34,932 nucleotides of DNA from Candidatus Nomurabacteria bacterium (GCA_037440325.1 JBBIUG010000002.1:1-34932); one strand, 5' to 3'; shown: positions 26,003 to 34,420, counted from the stretch's first letter. Numbers and translations are program-made. The notes: generated by a model from the sequence alone, not told the origin.

Positions 26003-26587
26003 TTAAAATCCTAGGGCTTTAATGATATCTTTGTGCACGTTTTCTATAGTCTGTTCTCCATTAATTTCAATAAAATTATACCCGGGTGTTTCTCGAAAGT
26101 AATTGATAGACGGAACAACATCTTTTTCGTACCAATCTAATCTATTTTGAATTTTTTCTGGCGTATCATCGGATCTTTTTCTGCCCATCATTCTATCGTA
26201 AGACCAATCTTTTGAAACATTCATCAAAATAACATTCGGTTTATTTATTTTGTAAAAATCAAAAGCAGAGCCAAGAGCAACTGCTTCTTCTTTTCTTCGG
26301 CAAACTCCATCTAAGATGATATCTTCTGTGCCGGTGAATTTTTTTATCATTAAATCTGTCCACGTCCAGATAGGCAAAAAAACCGGTATCAGATATCCAT
26401 TTTTTAATATATCTTGAACATTTATGCCGGTTAAATTTTTTTCTTCTGACAATTTTCTGAAGGTAGAACCAGTTTCCATATACAAAACGTCCCTACCTTT
26501 TTCCTTTAAATAGTCTGAAAGAAGTTTAGCCTGAGTACCCTTCCCGCAACCAGATCGTCCAAAAAAAACAAAAGCTTGTGAATTCAT
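26003..26587 (-). CDS. adk: Adenylate kinase-like nucleoside monophosphate kinase (short form)
   Basis: P-loop FFGRSGCGKGTQ and its position directly after secY. Confidence 0.8.
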   Translation of the reverse strand: MNSQAFVFFGRSGCGKGTQAKLLSDYLKEKGRDVLYMETGSTFRKLSEEKNLTGINVQDILKNGYLIPVFLPIWTWTDLMIKKFTGTEDIILDGVCRRKEEAVALGSAFDFYKINKPNVILMNVSKDWSYDRMMGRKRSDDTPEKIQNRLDWYEKDVVPSINYFRETPGYNFIEINGEQTIENVHKDIIKALGF

Positions 26588-26622
26588 ATCACAAGCTTAC
26601 CTGTTTTTTCATCAAAAATCAA

Positions 26623-27894
26623 TTAATATTCTCTCATTGACACCTGCGCATCTACTTTCTTAATCAGGTCAAGAACGACGGAAACAACGATGAGAATAGA
26701 AGTACCTCCAATAGCAAAAGATTTGTTCCCGGTAATGAATTGCATTATAAGCGGCAAAACAGCCACAAAACCCAAGAAAACTGCTCCCAAAAGGGTGATA
26801 CGGCTTAATACTTTGGAAATATATTCCGAAGTAGATAATCCTGGACGAATGCCGGGAATAAATGCTCCGTTTTTTTGCAGATTTGTAGAAAGCGCTTCTG
26901 GATCAAAAGTAACTGCGGTATAAAAGTACGTAAACATAAAGACAAAAGCAAAATAAAACACCGCATAATAAACCGAGGTTTGATTGAAAGCGACCAGGAT
27001 ACTGGAAATTTTTGCAAGAATTACATTGCTGAATCTAGACAAGAAAGTACCTATCATCTGGGGGAAAAGCAAAATAGAAAGGGCAAAGATTATCGGAATA
27101 ACTCCTGCTTGGTTAACTCGAAGTGGTAAATAAGTAGAACCTCCTCCATACATTTTGGTTCCGCGAACTTGTTTTGCATACGTCACCGGGATAGGTCGTT
27201 CTGCTTCAGTGACAAGAACGATACCCGCCAAAATAAGAATACCCACAACTGCGAAAACTAAGTATAAAGGAATTTGAGAAACGTCAAAAGTAAAGACACT
27301 CTGACTAACCCAGGAAGGGAGTCTAGATACAATACCAGCGAAGATGAGCAGGGAAACCCCATTGCCAATACCAAACTCCGAAATCAATTCACCTATCCAC
27401 ATTATAAGGATAGAGCCAGCAACAACAATAAACAAATTTGAAATACGATCAAAGACAGTCAGAGTACCAAGAATGTTTTGCTGTTCAAGAATATACATAA
27501 GACTGTAACCCTGGATAGCAGCGAGTGGAACAGTAAGAAGTCTTCCGTATTGGGCAAATTTTTTTCTGCCGGCCTCTCCTTCCTCATGATAAATCCTCTT
27601 TAGGGAAGGAACCATGATAGTCAAAAGCTGCATGATGATAGAGCCTGTGATGTATGGACCAACTCCGAGCATAATGATAGAAAGATTTGAAAGTCCGCCA
27701 CCAGAAAAGATGTTCAAAATTCCAAAAAACTGGTTATTGGAAAGAAATCGTTCTAGCTGAACAGTATCAATACCGGGAATAGGGATCGCGGCAAGTAATC
27801 TGAAAACAACTAACGCAAAAAAAACAAATAAAACCTTTTTTCGCAAAATCTTATCTGTCCAAATTAATTTTATTTTATTCCAAAAATTATCCAT
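26623..27894 (-). CDS. secY: Preprotein translocase subunit SecY
   Basis: 10-TM pattern with conserved SecY blocks (IFSGGGLSNLSIIMLGVGPYITGSIIMQLL, NQAGVIPIIFA). Confidence 0.95.
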   Translation of the reverse strand: MDNFWNKIKLIWTDKILRKKVLFVFFALVVFRLLAAIPIPGIDTVQLERFLSNNQFFGILNIFSGGGLSNLSIIMLGVGPYITGSIIMQLLTIMVPSLKRIYHEEGEAGRKKFAQYGRLLTVPLAAIQGYSLMYILEQQNILGTLTVFDRISNLFIVVAGSILIMWIGELISEFGIGNGVSLLIFAGIVSRLPSWVSQSVFTFDVSQIPLYLVFAVVGILILAGIVLVTEAERPIPVTYAKQVRGTKMYGGGSTYLPLRVNQAGVIPIIFALSILLFPQMIGTFLSRFSNVILAKISSILVAFNQTSVYYAVFYFAFVFMFTYFYTAVTFDPEALSTNLQKNGAFIPGIRPGLSTSEYISKVLSRITLLGAVFLGFVAVLPLIMQFITGNKSFAIGGTSILIVVSVVLDLIKKVDAQVSMREY

Positions 27895-27920
27895 GATACT
27901 GTGTGGCGTTAAGCTTGTAG

Positions 27921-28223
27921 TTACTTAATCCTTATTTTCTTTCCTTTTATCCCCAAGCGCTTTCTTATCTCTGAAAATTTTTCTCCCTTTGTGGCAAGTT
28001 TATCTTTTTCTAGAGTATAAACTTTTTGAATAGATTTGAACTGATATCCACGATTCTTCGGCAACTTCTTAATAATATCACGAAGTTCTGGGCGACGTTT
28101 GTTGCCTGCTCGAGCGGTCTGCCCCTTTCCCCCACGACCGGAAGTCTTGGCGTGCTTACCGCCACGTCCTACGATTCTATCTTTTTTATTCTTATGTACT
28201 CTTTTCAAATTGTGTATTTGCAT
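27921..28223 (-). CDS. rplO: 50S ribosomal protein L15 (short, about 100 aa)
   Basis: GRGGKHAKTSGRGGKGQTARAG motif. Start set at ATG 28223, 4 nt after the rpsE stop. Confidence 0.8.
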   Translation of the reverse strand: MQIHNLKRVHKNKKDRIVGRGGKHAKTSGRGGKGQTARAGNKRRPELRDIIKKLPKNRGYQFKSIQKVYTLEKDKLATKGEKFSEIRKRLGIKGKKIRIK

Positions 28224-28227
28224 AAAA

Positions 28228-28821
28228 TTATTCTTCTTTTTCAACTTCCGGGATAATCACTTCTTTATTCGCAACTACCACGCTCTCTGGAACTATCTTC
28301 TCGTACTTTGAAGAGATGGTGGAAAGAGCGGACATAACTGCCTTGGCATTGTTTAATTTGTTTTTACTATTAGACAAAATTTTCCCGGTAATATCTTTGA
28401 TCCCTGATAGCTTAATGATATCGCGCAAAACAGATCCTGCGACAAGTCCACGTCCTTTGTTTGGTCTTAACATCACAGAAGAGCTGGAATATTTAGCGGA
28501 AAGTTCATGAGGAATCGACATTGTTTTCGTAAGATTCAGCCTAACCATGTTCTTCTTTGCGTTTCGAAGAGCTTTGTTTATCGCAAGTGCAGTATCTCCG
28601 GCCTTTCCTAGACCAAGACCAACAGCTCCCTTTCTGTCTCCTGCTACTAGCGCAACGGAAAAAGAAAATCTTCGCCCACCGGCAACCACACGAGTGACTC
28701 GACGGATATTCAAAATTTTCTGATCGAATTCAGGTTTTACTCTATTGAAAGATGGTCCTCTGCGGCCACTGTTTCTCTTTTCTCTTGTACCTGTATTTTC
28801 TTTTGCTTTTGTGTTTTCCAT
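28228..28821 (-). CDS. rpsE: 30S ribosomal protein S5
   Basis: RRVTRVVAGGRRFSFSVALVAGDRKGAVGLGLGKA. Carries a basic N-terminal extension. Confidence 0.95.
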   Translation of the reverse strand: MENTKAKENTGTREKRNSGRRGPSFNRVKPEFDQKILNIRRVTRVVAGGRRFSFSVALVAGDRKGAVGLGLGKAGDTALAINKALRNAKKNMVRLNLTKTMSIPHELSAKYSSSSVMLRPNKGRGLVAGSVLRDIIKLSGIKDITGKILSNSKNKLNNAKAVMSALSTISSKYEKIVPESVVVANKEVIIPEVEKEE

Positions 28822-28825
28822 AAAA

Positions 28826-29167
28826 TTAAAATTCTAATCCGGAAGCTCTGGCTTCGTCAGCTACTAATTTTATTCGTCCGGTATATTTAAATCCGTTGCG
28901 ATCAAAAACCACTTTTTTGATTTTTGCTTTTGCGCAAGCTGCACCTATCGCTTTCCCGACTTCTTTGGCTCTTTCTGTTTTAGTGCCCTTAGTTGTTTTT
29001 ACGTCGCTGGCTTGCGCTAGGGTTTTGCCCGTTGCGTCATTGATGATTTGCGCATAAATAAATTTGTTGGAACGAAAAACCGTCAAACGAGGGCGTGCGT
29101 CTGTGCCTTTGATTTTCACTCTGATTTTCTTCTTCAGCCTTATTCTTTTGTCGTTTTTGTTAATCAT
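28826..29167 (-). CDS. rplR: 50S ribosomal protein L18
   Basis: RPRLTVFRSNKFIYAQIIND...FDRNGFKYTGRIKLVADEARASGLEF. Confidence 0.95.
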   Translation of the reverse strand: MINKNDKRIRLKKKIRVKIKGTDARPRLTVFRSNKFIYAQIINDATGKTLAQASDVKTTKGTKTERAKEVGKAIGAACAKAKIKKVVFDRNGFKYTGRIKLVADEARASGLEF

Positions 29168-29172
29168 ATTAT

Positions 29173-29706
29173 TTATACGGTTTTCTTACCTTGTTTGCGT
29201 CTGATAACCTCATCTTCATAACGCATTCCTTTCCCCTTATAAGGTTCTGGTTTTTTGAGTGCTCGAACCGCAGCGGTGAAACTACCAACCAATTCTTTAT
29301 CAATACCGGTAATCGTAATAACGTTTTTCTCTGCAGTAGCAGTAATTCCTTCTGGAATCTTGACAATCACTGGATGAGAGAAACCGAGAGCAAAATGAAA
29401 TTCCTTGCCCTTCACTTCTGACTTGAATCCAACTCCTTCTAAAATTAATTTTTTTTGGTATGGGGTTTCTACTCCCTTAATCATATTTTTTATGTGTGAA
29501 GCATAAGTGCCCCAGAGAGATTTGGAGAATTTATCATTTCTTTTTATGTTTAAGGTTATCAACTTATCAGTAATGGTAATAGCGATATCATCTCTGAAAT
29601 TTTTTGTGAGTGTCCCTTTTGGACCGGCAACGGTAAGAGTGTCGCCACTTTGAGTGACTTTTATTCCGGCTGGTATTAATATTCCTTGTTTACCGATTCT
29701 ACTCAT
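29173..29706 (-). CDS. rplF: 50S ribosomal protein L6
   Basis: MSRIGKQGILIPAGIKV...EPYKGKGMRYEDE. Confidence 0.95.
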   Translation of the reverse strand: MSRIGKQGILIPAGIKVTQSGDTLTVAGPKGTLTKNFRDDIAITITDKLITLNIKRNDKFSKSLWGTYASHIKNMIKGVETPYQKKLILEGVGFKSEVKGKEFHFALGFSHPVIVKIPEGITATAEKNVITITGIDKELVGSFTAAVRALKKPEPYKGKGMRYEDEVIRRKQGKKTV

Positions 29707-29713
29707 ATAATTA

Positions 29714-30100
29714 TTACCAAATTCTAAATAATGCTTCGCCTCCGACTTGTTCCTTCCTGGCTTCTTTGCCGGACAAGATACCTTTTGGAGTTGAAAGGAC
29801 CAGCAAACCTGAACCGTTACGAACAGAATGGATGTCTTTCATCCCGAAATATACTCGCTTGGATTGTTTAGAAATTCTTTCTACCTCGGTAATTTTTGGC
29901 TTCTTATCGACATAGATAAGACCGACTTCAAGCATGGGCTGACCTTTTTTTACTTTCTTGGAAATCTCGGAAATGTATCCGGCCTTCTTCAAACACTCCG
30001 CAATGGCGTTTTTCATTTTTGAATAAGGAAATGAAACAGACTCTTTGCCTGCTAGGCTTCCATTCTTCATTATGATGATCATGTTTGAAATTGAATCCAT
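29714..30100 (-). CDS. rpsH: 30S ribosomal protein S8
   Basis: DSISNMIIIMKNG...GLLVLSTPKGILSGKEARKEQVGGEALFRIW. Confidence 0.95.
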   Translation of the reverse strand: MDSISNMIIIMKNGSLAGKESVSFPYSKMKNAIAECLKKAGYISEISKKVKKGQPMLEVGLIYVDKKPKITEVERISKQSKRVYFGMKDIHSVRNGSGLLVLSTPKGILSGKEARKEQVGGEALFRIW

Positions 30101-30105
30101 GTAAT

Positions 30106-30291
30106 TTACCAGCTTGATTTACGAACGCCTGGAAGCATTCCTTCGTTTGCTAATTCTCTGAAACAAATACGACAAATACCGAAATCTCTCATGAAAGCGT
30201 TACCACGACCGCAGCGAAAACATCGGTTCTTCTGCCTGGTAGAAAACTTTGGTTTTTTCGCCGCTCGGGCTTTGACTGATGTTTTTGCCAT
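30106..30291 (-). CDS. rpsZ: 30S ribosomal protein S14, zinc-binding type Z (61 aa)
   Basis: CFRCGR...CRICFRE (CxxC-x-CxxC) in 61 aa. No recognisable SD upstream. Confidence 0.95.
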   Translation of the reverse strand: MAKTSVKARAAKKPKFSTRQKNRCFRCGRGNAFMRDFGICRICFRELANEGMLPGVRKSSW

Positions 30292-30316
30292 AAAAATAAT
30301 GTCGGGAGAGTTTTAC

Positions 30317-30384
30317 AATATCTCGTTTTTTTTCTTTTAGGGCTTATCCCAAAAGGAGAAAAACGGATTGATTAAAACGATATT
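30317..30384. repeat. Degenerate GC-cored hairpin element, copy D (rpsZ 5' leader)
   Basis: Arms AATATCTCGTTTT / AAAACGATATT share ATATCTCG with copy C. The core TAGGGCTTATCCCAAAAGGAGAAAAACGG retains the CCAAA(A)GGAGAA block. Confidence 0.5.
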
Positions 30385-30396
30385 CCCTTGCGTTTC

Positions 30397-30425
30397 ATAC
30401 TAGCAAATAATTACAAAAGAGTCAA
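30397..30425 (-). promoter_or_regulatory. Putative restart promoter for rpsZ-rpsH-... (TTGACT-17-TAGTAT)
   Basis: Read on the minus strand: -35 at 30425-30420 and -10 at 30402-30397. Confidence 0.45.
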
Positions 30426-30440
30426 ACATTGCTTATAATG

Positions 30441-30469
30441 TTGACAAAATCTATTTTTTCTGTTAATTT
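30441..30469 (+). promoter_or_regulatory. Putative promoter of the 75-aa ORF (TTGACA-17-TAATTT)
   Basis: TTGACA at 30441-30446 and TAATTT at 30464-30469. The two -35 boxes are back-to-back within the imperfect palindrome GTCAAACATTGCTTATAATGTTGAC. Confidence 0.45.
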
Positions 30470-30490
30470 ATAAGCGAAAGGAGGTTCCCC

Positions 30491-30718
30491 ATGAAAAGAT
30501 ACATCGCATTTGTGTTCACCTATCGCTTCGACGTGGAACACGGATGGAACAACGTACTTCGCAACAAAAGAACGGAAGAGGTCGCATCGTGGGACGTGAG
30601 ATGGCGCGCCAACGCTGCGGCCAAGAAAGAACTGCGGGAGCGGCAAAAACGAGGAGAAGGACGGCAAGAATCCCAGGTGGTAGACCTTCACACAGGAGAA
30701 ATGCATCAAGTCGGCTAG
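30491..30718 (+). CDS. Small (75 aa) GC-rich ORF of unknown function, antisense to the ribosomal operon
   Basis: AAGGAGG lies 7 nt upstream of the ATG. Codon choice is rich in C/G-ending codons, unlike the neighbours. The ORF is followed by strong terminators. No family recognised. Confidence 0.5.
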   Translation: MKRYIAFVFTYRFDVEHGWNNVLRNKRTEEVASWDVRWRANAAAKKELRERQKRGEGRQESQVVDLHTGEMHQVG

Positions 30719-30736
30719 TATCCACCATACAATCTT

Positions 30737-30768
30737 GGGCCCCCGCCGGCAAAAGCCGGCGGGGGCCC
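30737..30768. terminator. Perfect 14-bp GC palindrome GGGCCCCCGCCGGC-AAAA-GCCGGCGGGGGCCC
   Basis: Read directly from the sequence. No immediate U-tract on the + strand; an A-run follows. Confidence 0.55.
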
Positions 30769-30777
30769 AAAAACAAA

Positions 30778-30800
30778 ACACCCTTACGGGTGTTTCTTTG
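30778..30800. terminator. Bidirectional intrinsic terminator ACACCC-TTAC-GGGTGT with T-runs on both strands
   Basis: The + strand is followed by TTCTTTGTTT. The - strand is followed by TTTGTTTTT. It lies 17 nt downstream of the rplE stop. Confidence 0.65.
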
Positions 30801-30816
30801 TTTCATTTTTATTATT

Positions 30817-31365
30817 TTATTCCTTTTTAAATGGAACGCCGAGAATCTCAAAGAAGGCGGTGCCTTCTTTTTTATTTTTTGCTGTTGAAACTAAAGTAAT
30901 GGACAAACCGAAAACATCGCGGATATCTTCGTCAGCTGTCTCTGGGAAAATGGTGTGCTCTTTAATGCCGACAGTTAAGTTTCCAATGTCATCCACTGCT
31001 TTTCTATTAATACCGCGGAAGTCTTTTGTACGAGGAAGCGCAACGTTGATTAATTTTTCCAAAAAAGCATACATTCTTTTTCCGCGAAGAGTAACCACTA
31101 CCCCGACAGGATCTCCTTGGCGAATTTTGAAAGAAGAGATGGATTGCTTGGCGCCTCTTAGAGCCGCCTTCTGGCCAGAAATTTTAGCAATACGATCAGC
31201 GATGGCATCATTCTTGTTCTTGTCTTTCTTCATCGCTGTTCCAGTACCAACGTTGATTACGACTTTTTTTAGTTTTGGGGTAGCCATAACATTTTTAAAA
31301 TGAAAGGCGTCTTTCATTTTTGAAAATGCTTCTACTTCTTTTTCTTTTACGGTTAGGTGTTTCAT
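30817..31365 (-). CDS. rplE: 50S ribosomal protein L5
   Basis: VVINVGTG...RGKRMYAFLEKLINVALPRTKDFRG. Confidence 0.95.
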   Translation of the reverse strand: MKHLTVKEKEVEAFSKMKDAFHFKNVMATPKLKKVVINVGTGTAMKKDKNKNDAIADRIAKISGQKAALRGAKQSISSFKIRQGDPVGVVVTLRGKRMYAFLEKLINVALPRTKDFRGINRKAVDDIGNLTVGIKEHTIFPETADEDIRDVFGLSITLVSTAKNKKEGTAFFEILGVPFKKE

Positions 31366-31378
31366 AAAAATATCTTAA

Positions 31379-31597
31379 TTAATCAGCTTTTTTAACATTG
31401 GAAATGTGAATAGGCATAGCCATATTTACCATTGAACCTTTTTCGCCAGACTTTCGTGGGCGTTGATGTTTTTTCATTATGTTCAAGCCCTCAACAATCA
31501 CCTTGTTTTCTTTCGGTAAAGCGCGCACGATTTTGCCGGACTTTCCCTTGTCTTTCCCGGTGATTATTTTTACATTGTCTCCTTTTTTTAATTTCAT
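31379..31597 (-). CDS. rplX: 50S ribosomal protein L24
   Basis: MKLKKGDNVKIITGKDKGKSGKIV (KOW motif). Start set at ATG 31597; the ORF-track start at 31609 is TTG. Confidence 0.9.
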   Translation of the reverse strand: MKLKKGDNVKIITGKDKGKSGKIVRALPKENKVIVEGLNIMKKHQRPRKSGEKGSMVNMAMPIHISNVKKAD

Positions 31598-31614
31598 ATG
31601 TTTGTTCAAAAATA

Positions 31615-31986
31615 TTAAATCACTTCTTGCGCCAAAGAAATTATTTTCTGGAATCCTTTTTCCGCCAATTCTCTTGGAATCGGTCCAAAGATACGGCCGG
31701 CTTTTGGATCTTTCTTTCCTTTTTCCAAAATAACCACGGCGTTATCATCAAAACGGATGTATGATCCATCTTTTCTTCTGTAGGCTCCACGAGTTCGCAC
31801 TACGACCGCCTGGTGCACATCTTTCTTCTTTACCGCTTTTCTGGGAGAAGCGACCTTCACAGAAATAATTACAATTTCACCTAAGGTGGCATATCTCTTT
31901 TTTGAAGAGCCTAAAATCTTGAACACCTTTCCTACGGTGCCTCCGGCGTTGTCTGTTATTTTTACTAATGTTTCGTTTTGAATCAT
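31615..31986 (-). CDS. rplN: 50S ribosomal protein L14
   Basis: MIQNETLVKITDNAGG...IRFDDNAVVIL...GPIPRE. Confidence 0.95.
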   Translation of the reverse strand: MIQNETLVKITDNAGGTVGKVFKILGSSKKRYATLGEIVIISVKVASPRKAVKKKDVHQAVVVRTRGAYRRKDGSYIRFDDNAVVILEKGKKDPKAGRIFGPIPRELAEKGFQKIISLAQEVI

Positions 31987-32001
31987 AAAATTGAATTAAT
32001 A

Positions 32002-32280
32002 TTACTGAACTACTTTGAACTTTTTATCTTTAGAAATAGGCCTGGTTTCAATTATCTCTACTTTGTCCCCCACCTTGCAAGCGTTGTTTTCGTCGTGAGC
32101 CTTGTATTTCTTGCTAATCTTATAAAACTTTCCGTATAAAGGATGCTTCACGAACCGAGAAACAGATACGACAACAGTTTTGTCCATTTTGTCGGAAACA
32201 ACTACTCCTTTCAAGAGTTTTCCTGCCTGCGCAGGTAGGCCTTTGTTTTCCTTATTCTTTTCTTGTATCTTTTTTGCCAT
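32002..32280 (-). CDS. rpsQ: 30S ribosomal protein S17
   Basis: [16 protein letters not shown]...[25 protein letters not shown]. Confidence 0.95.
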   Translation of the reverse strand: MAKKIQEKNKENKGLPAQAGKLLKGVVVSDKMDKTVVVSVSRFVKHPLYGKFYKISKKYKAHDENNACKVGDKVEIIETRPISKDKKFKVVQ

Positions 32281-32283
32281 ATA

Positions 32284-32484
32284 TTATTGCTTTTTATTAT
32301 TTTTGTTCAATTCTGTCAATATTCTTGCTATCTGTTTTTTAAAAGTTGTTTGCTCTTTGACATTCTTTGATCTTGAGCCTTCTGATTTGAAAAGAATTGT
32401 CCTTAAGCTCTCTCGCAGGGTGGCAAGCTCTTTTTTGAGCTCTCCTTCTCCCATTTCTTTAAAATTTACTTTTTTCTTTGCCAT
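32284..32484 (-). CDS. rpmC: 50S ribosomal protein L29
   Basis: 66-aa helical protein with LKKELATLRESLRTILFK, between rplP and rpsQ. Confidence 0.9.
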   Translation of the reverse strand: MAKKKVNFKEMGEGELKKELATLRESLRTILFKSEGSRSKNVKEQTTFKKQIARILTELNKNNKKQ

Positions 32485-32491
32485 AAAAATT

Positions 32492-32917
32492 TTATCCGTT
32501 TATTCTTCCAACGATTCTGGTTTTAACAGGTAATTTTGACCCGGCCTTACGAAGAGCTTCATGCGAAGTCTTTTCATCTGCTCCATCTACTTCAAAAATA
32601 ATGCGTCCTGGGAGAACATCAAAACAATATCCCTGTGGATCTCCCTTTCCTTTTCCCATGCCCACCTCAGCGGCTTTCGCAGTGTATGGTCTGTCGGGAA
32701 AAATGCGAACCCAGTATTTTCCGGTTTTGGTGAGAGTACGAGAGATAACTTTTCGAGCAGCCTCTATCTGTGTTGATTTCACGCGAGCCTGAGACTCTGC
32801 CTTGAGTCCGTAAGAACCGAAAGAAAGCTTGATACCACGCGTATCGGCTGTTCGCTTTTTGGGGTTAGCGCGTCCCGACTGCCATTTTCTAAATTTTACT
32901 TTTTTGGGTACTAACAT
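32492..32917 (-). CDS. rplP: 50S ribosomal protein L16
   Basis: MLVPKKVKFRKWQSGR...IEAARKVISR...WVRIFPD.PYT.K..E..MGKGKG. Confidence 0.95.
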   Translation of the reverse strand: MLVPKKVKFRKWQSGRANPKKRTADTRGIKLSFGSYGLKAESQARVKSTQIEAARKVISRTLTKTGKYWVRIFPDRPYTAKAAEVGMGKGKGDPQGYCFDVLPGRIIFEVDGADEKTSHEALRKAGSKLPVKTRIVGRING

Positions 32918-32921
32918 AAAA

Positions 32922-33647
32922 TTAATCCGTTTTTAATTGGTTATCTTTCTCATTTTTCGGCGCAGTGCTGTAAGCGCTCTTGGCATTTTTCTTTTCAGCA
33001 AAAATCTTACCACGATAAATCCACACCTTGATACCTACGACCCCGTAAGAAAGAGTTGCTCGTTCTCGTTTGAAATCTATATCCGCGCGGAAAGTCTGAA
33101 GCGGAATACTTCCACGCTTAAGCTCTTCCGTACGAGCAATTTCAGCTCCACCTAGTCGGCCTGAGAGCACGATTCTAGCTCCTTCTACCCCATGCGCTTG
33201 CATAACTTTTTCAATAATTTGTTTGATTACTCGACGATATGGCATTCTCTTTTCGAGAGCTTCGGCGATCATGTATGCGACGATAGCAGCATCAGCTTCT
33301 GGGTTTGAAACTTCCATGATTTCGAGCTTAAAGTCCTCCGGTCTTGGAAGCTTTAAATAATCCATTTTCTTCAAGATATCTTCTTTGAGTTTGGTGGCCC
33401 CCTCTCCGGATCTGCCGATAATAAGTCCCGGACGAGAAGTTTTAATGATAAAACGAGTAGCTTTTCGGCTTCTTTCGATTTCAATACTGGACACATACAT
33501 CGCGCGCAGTCTCTTTTCCAAATATTGACGAATTAAAACATCCCCCTTTAGATAGGTTAAATATTTTTTAGGATCAGCAAACCAGCGGGACTTCCAGTCT
33601 CGAAGGATTATCAATCTATGCGCATAAGGGTGAACTATTTTACTCAT
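32922..33647 (-). CDS. rpsC: 30S ribosomal protein S3
   Basis: KH domain (IIGRSGEGATKLKE) and the C-terminal S3 domain (RLGGAEIARTE). Carries a C-terminal extension. Confidence 0.95.
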   Translation of the reverse strand: MSKIVHPYAHRLIILRDWKSRWFADPKKYLTYLKGDVLIRQYLEKRLRAMYVSSIEIERSRKATRFIIKTSRPGLIIGRSGEGATKLKEDILKKMDYLKLPRPEDFKLEIMEVSNPEADAAIVAYMIAEALEKRMPYRRVIKQIIEKVMQAHGVEGARIVLSGRLGGAEIARTEELKRGSIPLQTFRADIDFKRERATLSYGVVGIKVWIYRGKIFAEKKNAKSAYSTAPKNEKDNQLKTD

Positions 33648-33648
33648 A

Positions 33649-34041
33649 TTATTTCTTCGCTACTTTTTTAACCTTTTTTACGACTTTTTCCTTTGTGTTT
33701 TTGGCTGCTTTTTTAACAATCTTTTCTGCCAAAAGAAGATTTAAATGACTTGTACGTTTGTTGATTCGATGTCCTGAACCCATAGCAGCTGGCATCATTC
33801 TCTTCATCACAATGCCTTTGTCCACCCGCAATTCTTTTATAAATAAGTTCTCTGCTTCTATCCCCATCTGCTTTGCATTCGCTACAGCAGAGAGCAAAAG
33901 TTTCTTAATCGGCAATCCTGCGCGCTTCGCCAAAAAATCAAGCTCGGCAATAGCTTCCGATACGCTCTTACCTTTGATCAATCCAGCGACTAGGCGGACT
34001 TTTCTTGGTGATTGTCTGTAGTTTTTTAAAAATGCTTTCAT
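33649..34041 (-). CDS. rplV: 50S ribosomal protein L22
   Basis: YRQSPRKVRLVAGLIKGKSV.EAI..L. Has a Lys-rich C-terminal tail. Confidence 0.95.
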   Translation of the reverse strand: MKAFLKNYRQSPRKVRLVAGLIKGKSVSEAIAELDFLAKRAGLPIKKLLLSAVANAKQMGIEAENLFIKELRVDKGIVMKRMMPAAMGSGHRINKRTSHLNLLLAEKIVKKAAKNTKEKVVKKVKKVAKK

Positions 34042-34050
34042 ATATTTAAA

Positions 34051-34404
34051 TTATTTCTTTGCGCCTTTTGCATCCGCAGCAGCAGCCGTAGCGGCCTTAG
34101 CTTGAGTGATTTCAGCCTCCTTCTTCTTTTGTTCAAGCTCCTTCTGCATCTTACCTCCGTGTTTTATAAATTTCTTAGTCGGGGAAAATTCTCCGAGTCT
34201 GTGTCCAACCATATCTTCAGTAACTAAAACTTCTATGTGATTTTTACCGTTATAAACGCCAAAAGTAAAACCGAGCATTTCCGGAGAAATAACACAAGCT
34301 CTTCTCCAAGTTTTTACTACTGGAGCCTGCAACGGGTTTTTACCGGCAATCTTTTTCAAGAGCCGTTCATCAACATTTAATCCTTTTTTGATTGATCTTG
34401 TCAT
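34051..34404 (-). CDS. rpsS: 30S ribosomal protein S19
   Basis: MTRSIKKG...TWRRACVISPEMLGFTFGVYNGKNH..V.VTEDMVGHRLGEFSPT. Has an Ala/Lys-rich C-terminal extension. Confidence 0.95.
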   Translation of the reverse strand: MTRSIKKGLNVDERLLKKIAGKNPLQAPVVKTWRRACVISPEMLGFTFGVYNGKNHIEVLVTEDMVGHRLGEFSPTKKFIKHGGKMQKELEQKKKEAEITQAKAATAAAADAKGAKK

Positions 34405-34420
34405 AAATTATGCAAACAAA

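Noticed and set aside
29169-29366. 65-aa ORF (-) in another frame of rplF
   Set aside because: It is fully nested in the conserved L6 gene, with no independent signals.
30422-30888. Three long ORFs (119 aa -, 111 aa -, 114 aa +) in the rplE/rpsZ island
   Set aside because: They translate straight through the GC palindrome and the terminators, lack an SD, and run into rplE or the promoter region. The 75-aa frame with AAGGAGG and a clean stop before the terminator is the better model.
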